From Phoronis australis (taxonomy: Eukaryota; Animalia; Phoronida), in NCBI GenBank assembly GCA_002633005.1, contig NMRA01000481.1, positions 186,001 through 250,000 on the forward strand: DNA of 64,000 bases, given 5' to 3'. Positions 38,424 through 52,246 of this stretch are shown piece after piece (position 1 is the first letter of the stretch; each line of letters starts with the position of its first letter). The translations under genes and the position numbers were made by a program. The notes beneath the pieces are model-generated. The model searched no databases. It was not told where the DNA came from and saw only the letters and a program-made list of their open reading frames with translations.

Positions 38424-41400
38424 GTAAGTTTTTAGCAATTAAATTTCTATGGACATTGCTCAGTGATGTTATCCTCACCAGTTACCCCCACTGATTAACG
38501 GGTTTATTCAGTGGAACTAAGTGTTTGTCATCAGAAACTCACCCGGAACCCGGATGGTAGGCTAGCAGCACATATCCACGTATTGTCCTGGGTGGGAGTG
38601 CTCCCAATATAAGAGATGTATAGGACGTGCAGCTCAGAAGTTGAGGGTGACTTTTTCACAGCAGTTACTTTGCAAAACTATGCCATGTCCAATAAAATTC
38701 TCTAGATGAGTGAGTTTCCTTATTTTATAGCGGACCCCACCCCCAGGACTACCAGATTAGTTATCGAATTAACATGGATGAGCTATTCAGGAAATTCGTA
38801 ACATTGCATTGGAATAAATATTGACACCTAGAATGAATTTTATTTGTTGAGATCAGAAACACATTTTAGGTGTCTTGAAAAATACACATTCTTAAATCAC
38901 TTTTAGCCTGTTTCACATATTTTAATTCAGATCTTAGATAAGGCTTAGGTACAAAGATTATTAATTTCTACATATAAGCATGAAGATGGAATGTCAAGTA
39001 TGTTCTGCCTTACGAAAGTAGTTTTGTCTTGCGTTTTCTTTTATAATTTGCTGATATTTCTCTGTTACAGGTGAGAGAAAACGACTATTTTACCTTTCGA
39101 CAAAGTGAAAAGCAGTCCTTCAGCAACAACCTGAGGGAATTGAAATTCTCAATCCAGAAAGTCATCCTTTGACATCACTGATTATGGAATATTTTAAATT
39201 GGGAAAATTACAATTTTTTTAACAAATGTTTTTTCTGTTTTATATATGTGGTTGTTCAGTTTGCCATTTTGTTTTTAAATACACTGATTATTGTTTATTC
39301 TCGAATCTTGTACATTGCATATTCTTATCCAGTTAGCTATGATTGAAAACATAGGTTACTTTCCTTGCACGTGGAACTTTTGTTATAGACAAGTTAACAC
39401 AAAACTTAAAACTGTTCAAAGGCCTTCTTAAGAAAGCTCTAAAGATAGCTTCACACATAAATAAATCAAATGCAATCAAAGGAAATACTTCGTTTTGATC
39501 GCGGGACATTTTTATAGGTAAACAGGAAAATAACAATTCGCAAGTGTAATCAGTAATTACTTCAGCTTTATAAAGAAGCAGAACAACTGCACTTTATGGG
39601 GCTTTAAAACTGAAGAAATATTGTGGTTTGAATAATTATTGACAAACTTGCGTGTTGATGAAAAATTTATTTGATCATCAAAGTGTAACATTACCGGTCT
39701 TTCTACTGACAATAAGACAATTGATGCAGTCCCTGAATGTCATTACCGTATAACGTGTATCAAGTTGAAAAGTTTTTACCATTAGTATAAAGCCTTTCTT
39801 CTGAAAGGAAAAATTAATGTCACTCAGTGAGAAAGGACAGGTATACCAGATTCTTTTGGTTTTCATTTTACTGGTATTTGGTTTCAATGGCCTACAGAAG
39901 CGCTTGTGTTTTGGCACATGGCTTTCGTTCATGTAACCTCATTCAGCTTCAATAAAGTCCACATTTAGATCCTTGAAGGTACACACAACAGCATATCACT
40001 TGACTCGCTTTGTGCCCAAAATCTGACCCTGAACTAGACCAGAGTGTTACTAGGTCTTCTTTAGCTTCAGCCCCTCATGTTTCTTCCAGGGAAGGAAATA
40101 AGCCATTGTTGTCCACACATTGCCCTGTAAAATATGCAAGTTATTTGAGACAACTTCAAACCTTTGTTACCATGTTCAAGACTTGGTTTTTGATACTTTC
40201 AGCAATTATAAACACCGATTACAGATTCATGGGTCTGTCAAGCACACTTCTGGTCTAAGGCTGAGGGATCCGTTTCTCAGATTTTTTATTTTCTTCTAAT
40301 AGAGGATATGAAAACTTGTGTCACTTAAAAATAATGGATAATCTTTCTGTTGTTTAAGAGTGATTAAAAATCCTGAGGCACCATTTGCATATTGGCAGTA
40401 AGAATATGTTCAAACACGACCTCACTCGTATGTTCACATTAGAAATGGAATTTTCACAAAAATGACAGTCATATGAATTTATAAACGACTTGCAACATTT
40501 CAAGGCATGACTTAAGACTGTTCAGTTGTTGAGAATTCAGAGAATGTAATATATTGTTTGGAGTTTAAAGTCGATAGCAAAACAGTTTCATGAAACGTGA
40601 AAGAACTTCACGAAGTTCAAAAATTACCTCACCACGTTCTTTCCCCCGGACACTATTACCTGTTATATCCACACATTCAGTTGCACCAAATTTTACAATC
40701 TCAACCCCTATGCCAACCTCCCGCTAAGGACCTAAATAAGTAAATTAACAAAACAACTTACATACCTTTCTTTAAAAATAACTGTCCCTTTTCTAAGGCT
40801 TTGTTCTTTGTCTCCGATGTAGAAAGTAGGCTTTGGCAACAGATCTGCTCTGGATGTGAAGATCTTGCTGGTTAGCTGCAGTCAACTGCTTAAAACCAAT
40901 TTTTGTACATTCAGGGACGGTTGCAGAAGCGATGCATATCTCCTCTGCACCTACTAGCCCTCAAACCTAAAAACCAAAGGTCAGGTGATGACAAACATGA
41001 TATATTTCCATGTCAACCTGTTATAGATTTCCCCTTAGGACATAGGATAGGCAGTAAACAAATAGTCTAATGGATATTTGTCACATACCATTTGGGCTTG
41101 GATTGTAATCTTACCTCACTAACAAATATCGAGTTGACAGCATAAAGATTCAGCATTGATTGATGTAAGTGTCATTGATAAACCTGTTAGAAATCATTCC
41201 AAACATTAATAATACTGCTTTGATATACGAAAAGATCCCAAGTACCGTGGTACGTCTAGTATGGTAACACACATCAGTCATCACAACAAACAATGATTAA
41301 CCGACTGGTGACTGCCACGAAGTTGACATCGGCCAGTTCCTCAATTAACAGGTATCAGTATTTCAAACATGGACTAATCGTTAAAATAATCACAAACCTT

Positions 41401-44400
41401 ACCTTTGTATAAGGTCATGCTTACTTCCTCTCATACAAGCACCCTTTTCACGCAATCTCAGATTCAGTTGGCACGGCTGCAAGCCATTTCACCATGTGTT
41501 TAAAGGGTCCGCGAAATCGAGGCTGCTTAATCTATCACCACTTGTACACGCGCGCCCTCTACTTATTTTAAATTTTTTGAATAGCCCCATTAATCAAAGT
41601 ATAAAATATTTCAAAATAATTTTTGGGGTGTGAAATCAGGCAAGTACTACTGTATCTCCAAATAGCTTAAAGGGACATTTTTTTTGTGTGTCTGAAAAAC
41701 TTAAGTTTTGGGGTTACTGCTAAATTGGATGGACTTTTTGAAGTTATTAGCCGTAAAACAATAAAGTCCATGATTGTGTTTTTGAGATTTTGTGATTTTA
41801 TTACGAATCGCCAATTGTCGTCTTCCAGACATTTGCTGAAATCAAGGCTGGTGATGTTACCAGTTCAGTGTGGTTAAACACTGCCATACACTGAGTAGGG
41901 TGTATGTAGGTCAGCCAGTAGAGAGTTTGGCTGCAACACGGTAGTTATAAGCTCGATTTTGCACGTCGTTTGGTGTAAGAAAAACATTTTTCTCACTGAT
42001 AATGGTTGGTCTCATAAAAACATTTTTCTCACCGATAAGTTCTATATCATTGCTACCACCAGACAATGTTCTGAAAAGTTGCAGGCATTCTCAACTTTGT
42101 TCAAAGCATTTGAAAAATTGAAAAGGGTCAATTTTGAGAAATGCTTTTGTCCGAAGTTAGTGAGGCTTTACCATGATTTGTTATCTTTGTGAGTGCTTGT
42201 TAGTTTGTTATCTGGTGATATCAGTCTCTGTGGCCTGTCGAAGGACATGCTCATGGTGCTCAGATTATCCGTGGATTACATGCAATTGGGCCGCATCAAG
42301 GCAAAGTACTTTGGAGTGTAGATATTCCCTGGAGTTTGCTTGGAAAAAAAAACGTCCACACATTTGATATCTCAGCGGTCTGTGAAAACGAAGCTGTTCA
42401 CCTGCCGCAGGTCAAATGTGGGTTAATCGTCTATACAGTGAGGATAAATGGTCACGAATTGAGGACACTATGTAGCGTGCAAGTGGTATTTTATTTTATT
42501 TTATTTTTTTCACCAGTGATAAATGGTCTACAAAAGTAGCACTCTAGCCAGGTTTCATTGTTTTTAATTCATGTGTCTTTTCATGATAACGATAGTAATG
42601 ATCAGTAAATATAGACTAGATAATAGATAGTAATAACAATAACAGTAGTCTCTTTCATTGGTACCACATTTTGAGAACCAGTTTTCTCCAGTCTCTAACA
42701 GGCACCAAACTGGTTCGCAAAATCCTCCGTGGGGAGGGGCTCTGTAAATGACTATTGCCTCAACAGTAGACCATGGAAATAAATCTAAGGCTGTGTTAAT
42801 AACACTAGTGCATAATTTTACTAACTTAAAAGCACAAGTAAATTTTACTGAGAGTAAATTAAACTGGTATTAATTACACCATTCTATGAGAAGACTGAGG
42901 TGTTTCACAAAGAACCAGGCACAGTTGGGTCACATAGCTCATTGTGGTTTTGTGTTCTTACATGACTGAAGGGCCACATGACATTGTTGGTAGCTATGGA
43001 AACGGTACAGAATTTAAACATGGGAAAGCATGAATTTGGTGCTACATAGCTTTCGTGGAAAGTAATAAGAGAAATGAAATTTCAATTGTCGGTCATTTTG
43101 GGTCCTAAATTGGTGAGATTTTAGATATCCGTTCTCGTTGCCGCAACAAGTCCGATCAGGTTGTGGCGAACAGTGGATTTCCAAAATTGGCTCAGAGCTT
43201 TTCTGAGATGAGTTGAGATTTTCAAACATGGCCCTGAGCTATTCAAACGCGTTGCAGCGCCATGTTGAACACGTGATGGGAACACTGCCTTGTGACTTTC
43301 AAGGATTTATCAGATAGTTGTACCACAGGAGTCGCTGGGCATCAATAATTATTTTTTTTTTCTATTCTGGCCAAATGTAATGTTGTTAATAGTCGTGACT
43401 TGAATGTAAACCTGTTTGACTTGTGAGACAACTATTAAAGTTAGTACATTATGATGTGGGAGACAAAACTTTTTGAACTACATAAAATGGTTTTCCAGGT
43501 GGTTTCCTAAAGTGAAATTTAGGTCATGTAAGCTACGAATTAAGATGCCATTGTTGTCCATAGTGGTTTGAAGCCAGGCATGATGTAGTGGGTTTGCAGA
43601 TGTTTCGTTTTAACTTGGTGCCTGGCAGGCTTTTGTTTAACCAGGACTTGTTTGTGGCATACTTTGACAAGAAAACATATGTACACCACTGCCATAAGTT
43701 CACTTTTCTTTAAGACTCCAGATGTACTACCTTGTTTCAAAATGACAGTGACCAAGCTAAAGTGTTTCGAATAGAACTTTTAATGATTGGTGTCTGCGTT
43801 TTCCTGCCCACCAGTTTGTGGGTCACAACAGTGTTGTTTCTTCCTTGTTGAGTAGTGGCTCACAGGGGCTTTTCCTATTATCAGTTATAACCCCAGGCTG
43901 ACCTAGTCAACAACATTCATCTGTTTTCTACAAGGGTCACCTCAAGTAGAAGATTTTATGGTAATTAAGGCATCTGTTTTGCTGTTTACTACTAACCATA
44001 GTTCAGATAAACTTCATTCTTGATCTGTGTTCGTAATAACAGGTTCCCGTTCAGCTTATTAAGTATCGATGAATTTATGCATGGCACGAATTCTAGTGTA
44101 TGTCACTGTACTCAGCCTGGGGTGGTCCTTAGGTTTAGCATTAGCATTGGCCTAAGCTTGTGTGTAATGTCTTATATGGCGCCTACTGATAGTACTCCTG
44201 CAACAAAGCTTTGTCGCCTCTGTGAATCTTAACTTCTTGATGACGCTTGGTATGTAAAATGTTACAGTTCAGGACACGACATGGTGGTCAAGTGAAATTC
44301 TTTCTTACTTTTTAGAAAAAAAGTTCATGACGCGCCAAATAAATGCTTTTCCATGTTCAAGTTCTGTATCACATCTCCGGCACCAAATATGTTAAGCTTG

Positions 44401-44629
44401 AGTAAGTATACAACTTTACTCAAGCTTAGTCTACCTTACGCCTAATGTTTCTTGGATCATGGCAGACATCTTTATTTTAGTTCAGTTGGGTGCACCACAT
44501 GAGCTGTGTTGTCAGTGGGAACAGGTCACCAGATGTGTTTATTATGATCACTATTGGGATATGAAGAAAACAAGTTTTGGTGGCGGAATTCGTAATTCGT
44601 AATTCGCTATAGATAGTCAGTTTATTACT

Positions 44630-44790
44630 GGCCAGCAATCTTAGCTTGCACAGCAATGGTTACCAAGAGGCAAGATCTTCAAAGTTTGAAATGCAATTTT
44701 GAAAAAGGCGACTGTCCGAACAAGGTTATTCACGAATTTTTGAATATTTGACAAGCCTGATTTACCTTACTGATCAATAGTCTTTTCAAG
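44630..44790 (+). repeat. Dispersed repeat family (copy 4, partial)
   Basis: GAAAAAGGCGAC...AACAAGGTTATTCA...GACAAGCCTGATTTACCTTA matches 11945-12008. Confidence 0.7.
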
Positions 44791-46234
44791 TTTCAAGTGA
44801 ACTCTTAGTCTTGTTGTGTCAGCTAGTGAAAGTGATAGAAGAAATATTATCGTTTTTTATGTAGAAATTCTGGAAGTATTTTGCTAACCAGTCTGTTGTT
44901 ATTTTTATTTGAGCTTGGTTATAAATTTAGATCAGGACTACATTATGTAATATCTCTCTGACCACAGTGATGTCACGAGTTCACAATTTTGCTCTGTGTC
45001 TGATTTTTGTGTATAGATGCATGGAACTCTATTGTGGGAATCTTCAGTACTGTAATTGTGCATTTATTTAGCACAAATTATGACTGACAAGCAAAATACT
45101 GTTTTGTTTAGTTTGACCACCAAAGTAAATATTGAGAACATTATAGATAAATGAAAGAATGGTTGCAGTGTGTACCGTTCATAAAATAACTTTTGCTAAT
45201 TTTGCCATAGTTTAATCAGCTATTGAAAAATGGCAAAAATTAACATTTTGACAATTATTGTTTTTTGTGCAAAGTAAGTGGAAAATTAGCGTAATTCAGA
45301 CAGCCACAAATAGCAGCCACGTACAATGGTGTTCTTTTCATTGCTACTACCATCAGCCTCTTGCAACGTACTCGCTTTTCTTGTAGCGACGCAATGTGTC
45401 GCGAAAAGGCTGAGTAACTTTGGATATCATTGGACTTGCCCACCTCTGATTGGTTGAATCACATTTCCGCGCATTGGTCTTAGCCTGTAACAAAAATCTG
45501 TTTACGGAAGGCTGCACGTACAATTTTCAATTTTGAAAGATCTATTCATTCATCAGAAAGCAATTCTTAGACTTTTTGTATTGAAGTTTGAAAAAAGTTT
45601 ATAACAAGTCTTCCCCCCATATGTTTTAATTTCCCATGCTTCCTTAGTAGAGTTTTAACCTTTGACCTACTTCCAAGAAGTAAGGCATTTCTTTTTCAAT
45701 CTCGAGGCCATTTCAGCTGTTAAGTGATAATAGTCAGTAACACCTTGACATCGCATGTTTTATGAAGGTATGCTGGTAATGTATTGAATTTGTCATGCTC
45801 AGTGATGCGCATTAAACTTCGTTACTGACGAAGCTTTTTGAAAATCCTGTGTTTAGGATAAATTTAGTTGTCATTTAATGACTGACAATCCTATTACGAC
45901 AATTGCTAAGCTGGCCCTCACTAACCCTTAAACAATAGATGAAGAGGGAGTCCACACCTATCTCTATACACTGATGCATGTCTCTATATGTTTACTTTTC
46001 TGCATGTATTTGATAATAAATCATGAGGCTACTACTGCTCCTACTAGTGTAAGTTGCAATGTGAACTATACTGTTATGGAGAAAATTAACAACACCCATT
46101 GCAAGAATTCTGTTGTCTTGTATCTGAGCGTGCACTCTCTATGGTGATTGTTTTTCAATTAAAAGTGATTTCTAAAATTGAAATTTTCCATTTTTATGCG
46201 CGCACATACACACACATTTATATATAGGCGTATT

Positions 46235-47640
46235 ATGTTACCATACTTCCTTGTCTGTCTGTCTGTCTGGTTGACCAGCATCCACTGCTGTAGCTCCAAA
46301 ACCCTCGACGTTTGTTCGTAAAATTTTACACACTCAAGTGAATTTTTGGATTATTCCAATTACCGCTGTACTCTCTTTTGGCAATTTTACATTTTTATGT
46401 TTGACTCTGTATCGTTACACTCCTTGAGAGATTTTCATGAAATTTGGCAAATTGGTTTCTACTAAGGAAATGTCTCCTTTGTATTCAACATATTCTGCAG
46501 CTGTGAGTAAGTGTCCATTTTGGCTCCACCTCTTTGTCAACCAAACTGAAGATAACTATGAAAATTGGCATGTGTTCCTACTAAGAAGGGCATAGCTGAC
46601 GATAATGTTCGGACTGATTGCATCTGTGGCTGTTTCTTGTAAACTCCGAGCATGATCATTGTAAAATTGACGTAGTTTTCAATGAACGTGACGACGGATG
46701 ACCACAACTTTTGGACGGATCCAACTACTACTGCGCCCCCTAATGGCAATTTTAAGTTTTCATGTTTCTTCTATATCTTGAGAGTTCTGTGATGGAGTAT
46801 AGTGAAATTTATTTTAAAGAGATGATGACACCTCCCCATTTTCAGATGGACTTATTGTATGTCACCCGGTGGCCAGTTTTATTATTTGGCATTGGCAGTC
46901 TGCCATTTGTCTGTCAATCGGACTAAACATTTAAGGATCACTATGGAGATGGACATGTGTTCATATCGGGAAGAGAATGTAGCTTTCGATGATTTTCAGA
47001 AGGCTCTGTCTGTAGCACCCCTTATGAGCAATTTATTTTTTTTCACTTGTGTGGCTGTACCTCCTAAATCTGGTGCATGATATTTGTCAAGTATACTTCT
47101 GTGAATGTGACAATGGACGATGACAACTTTCCTAGTGGCAATTCTATTTTTTACATTTTCCTCCATTCCTTCTGATTTCCTTAACAAATTTTCATGCAAT
47201 TTGACAAATGCAAGTACCGTGGATTTTAAAACAAGTCTGACAACTGTGGAGACCCCTAGTGGCAATTTCATTTTTCTTTGTTTTTACGCGGATATCTACC
47301 AAGTTCTTTGATGGACGTTCATAAAATATGGCAAATAAGTTTCTACGTATGTCATAGATAACAGCACCTGGTCTGTTTCAGACAGATTAGACCTACCACC
47401 TAGTGGCCTTTCTATCGTTTTTGTGTCCTTTGTCATCTGTCTCCCTAATCTCCTAACTGCTTGAAGAATTAGGATGAAAGGTGACAAGTGTGTTCCTATT
47501 GAAGAGAGCATTGCTGACTTGCTTTTCACCCCCTGGAGGCTATTTTAAATTTACTAATATTACTCTCTTAAGTGGGAATGTTTGAAATCATGATCATCCC
47601 TTTTGATTGTGTTTTATGCAATTCTCACAGTGGGTAGATG
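46235..47640. mobile_element. Non-autonomous element with a (GTCT)n head and ~130-bp degenerate internal repeats (Helentron/DINE-like architecture)
   Basis: (GTCT)4 at ~46253, followed by recurring GAAATTTGGC-like and CCCCTAGTGGC-like blocks. The classification is inference. Confidence 0.55.
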
Positions 47641-47967
47641 TCAATGCTCTGGGTTAGTTTTGTTTCATTAGTGTTTCATAATGAAGTACAAATTTTCGTT
47701 CTTTATAAGTTTGGCAAAGAAGAATTTTTGGTTGTATAGTAAATTGAAGGGCATTTCTTAAGTTTTTGGACGACACCCTTCGTGTGGTATGATATTGGTC
47801 CAGTCAGGTTTGAGTCAGCTTATTTCTGTGAAGGTTTATTTCTGTGATGAGAGAATTAGGATTCATAAACAAAGCAAAAACATTACCAACCTTTGTTGTT
47901 GAGAAAGCGACCGTCGTTTTGAACGTGCGTTCTCCGTGTCATTGCAGCAACTGTGTCCTATGACACC

Positions 47968-48085
47968 ATGGATCCCAGCCAATGGAACTTCGGCTCTTAT
48001 CACAAGTTAGGTGGCGCCTCATCCTTGCCAACTAAAACGTCTGGTCGCTTCGACTTGCCAATCCTGGACCAGGCAGCGCTCTCAG
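47968..48085 (+). CDS. QSER1: QSER1/PRR12-like first coding exon (MDPSQWNFGSYHKLGG...DQAALS)
   Basis: accATGg Kozak context, acceptor at 47947, and a phase-1 donor that joins in frame to 49652. Confidence 0.8.
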
Positions 48086-49651
48086 GTACTGTGAATGTTG
48101 TTTGATGAGCATTTTGATTAAGTCCCTATGAACCAACCAGTAAACTCACCTGACATACAGTCATAGAGCCAGTATGTAGGGTAATAAAAAATTGGTATTT
48201 TTGACATGGGTGCTGCTGAGTGCAGATGCATTTGATTATTTACGTCTGGTCCCTGCGTCTAATTTCTAATCAACTCGAAAAATTATTGTTTACATTTCCA
48301 TTCTACTATTTTGCTTAGTCCAGATGAATGTCTGTTATTCTGTACTGGACTATATTACAACCACGCTGATTAGTGGTGTCCAGTCTGAACTCGAAATTTC
48401 AAATTTTTAACGGAGTCCTATAGTTCAAACTGGGAGTAGACAGCCATTCATGTAAACCATAGTGTATACAAGCGTAGATTAGTAGACAGTTATCTTGAGT
48501 TTGCATGAAAATAGAATGGGCAGTGTCACAGATAATTCTGAGTGCGATATAGAGTTCAAAGGTTAGAGTGTGGGCCCTGATGTTGCGCGGCTAACTTGTC
48601 TTTTTGAAAAGGGAGCAGTGCACACGGGAGGGTAACAATTACTTGCAGGGGTCCTGCATTTCGAGAACCAGTCTGTTGCTATTATTCAGTGGAGAAAACT
48701 GGTTCTCAAAATGCGGACATATTAGTGGCGTAAATGAACAAATTCCATTGCAGATACGTGACTTTGTACTTTTATCGTGCCACGCAGTATAGTCTCTGCA
48801 GTTCAGAAACGAGATGGTGGAAGAGTGAAATTTTATTTTATCTGAAAATTTCATCAAAAAACAGGAAGAAAACGTTACACGTCACTATTTGTGTAGGTTA
48901 CATTGTACACCTGTCATACGATGAAAAGTGAACGTATTTAGAAGTGCAGTGAGCTTTTGAAAAATGGAACACTCTTTTAACAATCGCTGTTGTTCAAGTC
49001 TTAGGAAACTTTACCGTATTTTTATACCTACGGTCGAATGAAGACCAGGGTGGGAAGGGAATTGGAAGGATTTTGTCATTATGTGACCCCACTCGTGATT
49101 GCCATTTTCAAAGTTTGGCATGGAAGGTCAGGGCTGTGGGTGAAGTTTCAAATTTTTCCCGTATAAAGAACGCAGATTGGTACATGCAGAGGTTTTTCAC
49201 TGGAATCGGGTGAGCACACCAGAGATTCCTAGTTAATCCCTTGGTCCCGAGTGTGCAATTCAACGTCAACAAGTCTGTTGGTCGCTTGGTTGCCTTGGAG
49301 ACAAACATTCAGTGCAGGCTAGATACTGTCATTCGTGATTGATTGGCGTTATTCTAAACGTGAGTGAATGATTATTTGGCTGCGTCAAGTAATTCGTTTC
49401 CAAGGTTACTAACTTTTATGTAACTATCAATATTGAAAGTTAGAAATATAGCTTCCATGTTAAAAAATATGTTTGTTCAAATGTCGCTGTTGTGGATATT
49501 GTGTCTGAGGAACAACCGTAAAGATATATTTATTTGGCGAGACATATATTCAAATTGTAAATTTTATTCCTGGATGAATGTGCCTGAAATATTTTAAATA
49601 AAAATTCATTAATTGAAAAGCCCGTGACAATTTGAATATTTTTTATTCCAG

Positions 49652-52246
49652 GTCTTGCACCTATGTCTGCGCACTCTGCCTTGGCTGCGTCACGTGCCTA
49701 CCCGTCCCTGCCTGGTCATTACCCACATCCCACCATGCCCACCCTGTTCGACCAGATGAACCCGCTGCCTGGTGGGCTTTCATCGCAATTGTCTCGATCA
49801 TCCAACCATTCAGGGCTACCAAGCGAGTCCAACCTCCTAGCGCCATCATCTAGTTCTGTCAGTGCTTTTCTCGGCTCTGACTCCAAATATTCATCGTCAT
49901 CACTGAAGTCTATGTATGAACCATTAGAGTCGTTTCGAGATGTGTTTCATGACAGGTCGATGCAGGAGGACTTGTCCAAAGGCTGGGGCCTGGCCAACTT
50001 CTTACCGTCGTCTCAGAACTCGGGTACGTCTGCTGATTTTGGGAGTTTGTTGACAAACCCAAGCGTTCACCATCACCAAGCTCCACCCCCTGCTCACAGT
50101 CAGTATAGGTCATCTAGTCAACATTGTCGCTCTCCTGAGAACTTGTCTAGCAGTCGGGCACCCCCTATTTCATCATCTTACAGTCAACAGACGTCAGAGA
50201 ACCACACTCGCTTGCCTAGTCTGTTTTCAGCGCATGAAAGTGGCCGTGAAAGCGTCATCTCTCACAGACCTTTGTCACGAGCTTATGTCGACGCGTCGTC
50301 TAAGAATCTACATCAGACGACGCACGATCCACAGGGAAGGATTGGTCACCATTTACCAGCACGGCCAGTTGACAGGTCACACCACGACAACCATCACTAT
50401 GCTGTGGAAATGTCCAATCAGCGAAGGACCACTGCCAGTGTATCAGAGTATTCCCCCCAGTCCCAGCAGCAGCAGCAACAGCAGCAGCAACAGCAGCAGC
50501 AACAGCAGAGAGAGTATACATCTACACCTCATCAGTCCTACTACAGTCACACCCCTCTCACTCGGCCCCCATCCACCTCTTACAACACACAGAATTCCTA
50601 CACCGCCCCTGACTACGATCCCATTAGTCCCGTAATGCCGGACCACTTAAAAGATGATGGCGACATCTATAACAGTATGCCGCCCAAACCTGACTTGGTC
50701 TATTCTGGCAGTAGCTCCTTCCAGCAGAAGGCCCAGCCATTCAGTCTGGAACAGTGCCTTCCGCAGGAAAAGGCTCCAGTGGTGCAGCCATCTGTTCCGC
50801 CCAGTCCTCACTATACTTCTGTATCAGAGGTCCCTCCATCGCCCATGGTTACCCAAACAGTGGAAGCATGCATTGTGCCCGTGTCTGTCACGGACTCGCA
50901 GAACAGTTTGGCTCCCATACCAGTCCAGGCGGTTGCCGATTCGACGACAAACAAAGGCAAGCCAAAACAGAAGCGAGCGCGGAAGAAGAAGAACGAGAAA
51001 CCTGAAAACATTACACGAGGGGATGCTGTGAAAATGTCTATGGCGAGCACCTTGCCTATGTTAGGCTCTCATACAATGGCACTACCCAAGGGAGTTCATG
51101 ACTTGCCACCATCGCCAACACTGGAGAGTTTCAGTAGCCTTGTACAGAGAAGAGTCTCCCTTGATTCTCCATTCTCTCCAGGGGTCAAACACGGCCCCGC
51201 AGGCTTCATGATGCCCGACAAACCCGGATTGGATTCGTTCACCACCATCGACTCGCAGCAGGTCAGCGAAACGTTACGCGGAGGTATCGAGATGTCAAAA
51301 CCCAGTCAAGAGAGTGTCTCGCCACCAATCGTCTCACACCAGGAAATTTCTTTTGAGCATCAATTGCCTGCCATGATATCGACAAACAATCCTATGTTAG
51401 GTGGGGTCATGGGGCCACTGATGAGTGAAGCGAATATGTCCACAGTCCAAACCATGTCACAATCCTCCCAATCCGGACTCATGTCTCAGTCAAGCATGTC
51501 CTCCACAGACGACATATTGGCTCAGTCGGTAGATGCTGCAGGCTTAACAGAGGGCGTCGACGTGTTCAGTGCGGACATAGCCTATAGTCAACCACCGAAA
51601 ACGATGGTGACGAAGGCGTCACAAAAACAACTCGTAACCGTCGCTCTTGACGATATGGAGGAGGAATTTGGACACCTTACAAATCCAACACCAGATCCAG
51701 CGTCCACTGAATCATTAAAAAGAACTGGTGCATTGCAGAAGCCGACCATGGTTAATCGAAAATCGTCTTTCCAGAACTCTTTTCTTAGTTTCCTACAGGG
51801 TGCCAAGCAAGAGACTCTCTCTGAGGTCACCATGGCGCCAACCACCAACAAACCTCAGCTGCCCAAGTACATACCCGAGGCCAATCCAAGACGACCGGCC
51901 ACACTTCCATCGCGACCTTCGCAAACCACAGAGGATGATAACTCTGAATCGGACGTCGAAGACGTGGATGATACAAAGTCTGTCTCTAGCTCTAGTGAAT
52001 ATCACCCAGAGACACCATCGTCGCCGCCTCACAAGGCTGTAAAAATCAACATCAAGATCCCCAAACTAAAAACGCCTAAAAAGAAAAGCACAAAAGCCCT
52101 GTCTGCTCGTGCAAAAAAAATTCGCTCGTCAGAGTCGCTGGGGGAGACCCTGCCTGTAGAAGTGGACGAGGTGCCACCCCGAGAACCCACACCCCCTCCT
52201 AGACGGGTCCAGTCATCACGCAAGGCCAAGGAGTCGGCTGCTCATC
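49652..52246 (+). CDS. QSER1: QSER1/PRR12-like giant exon (S/P/Q/H-rich, polyQ, NLS-like, FQNSFLSFLQG motif)
   Basis: Contains ORF 49663..52254. Acceptor ttttattccag|, donor C|gtgagt. FxxSFLxFL resembles the conserved QSER1/PRR12 motif. Confidence 0.93.
50464..50508 (+). repeat. CAG/CAA repeat encoding Q15
   Basis: (CAG)4 CAA (CAG)3 CAA (CAG)3 CAA (CAG)2. Confidence 0.97.

Noticed and set aside
26200-47900. Independent protein-coding gene between CECR2 and the QSER1-like gene
   Set aside because: Only short, unrelated ORFs and repeat remnants are present; no phase-consistent exon chain or recognisable domain was found.
49632-52229. Alternative-frame and antisense ORFs over the giant QSER1-like exon, including poly-L and poly-A peptides
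   Set aside because: They are shadows of the main frame and of the CAG repeat.
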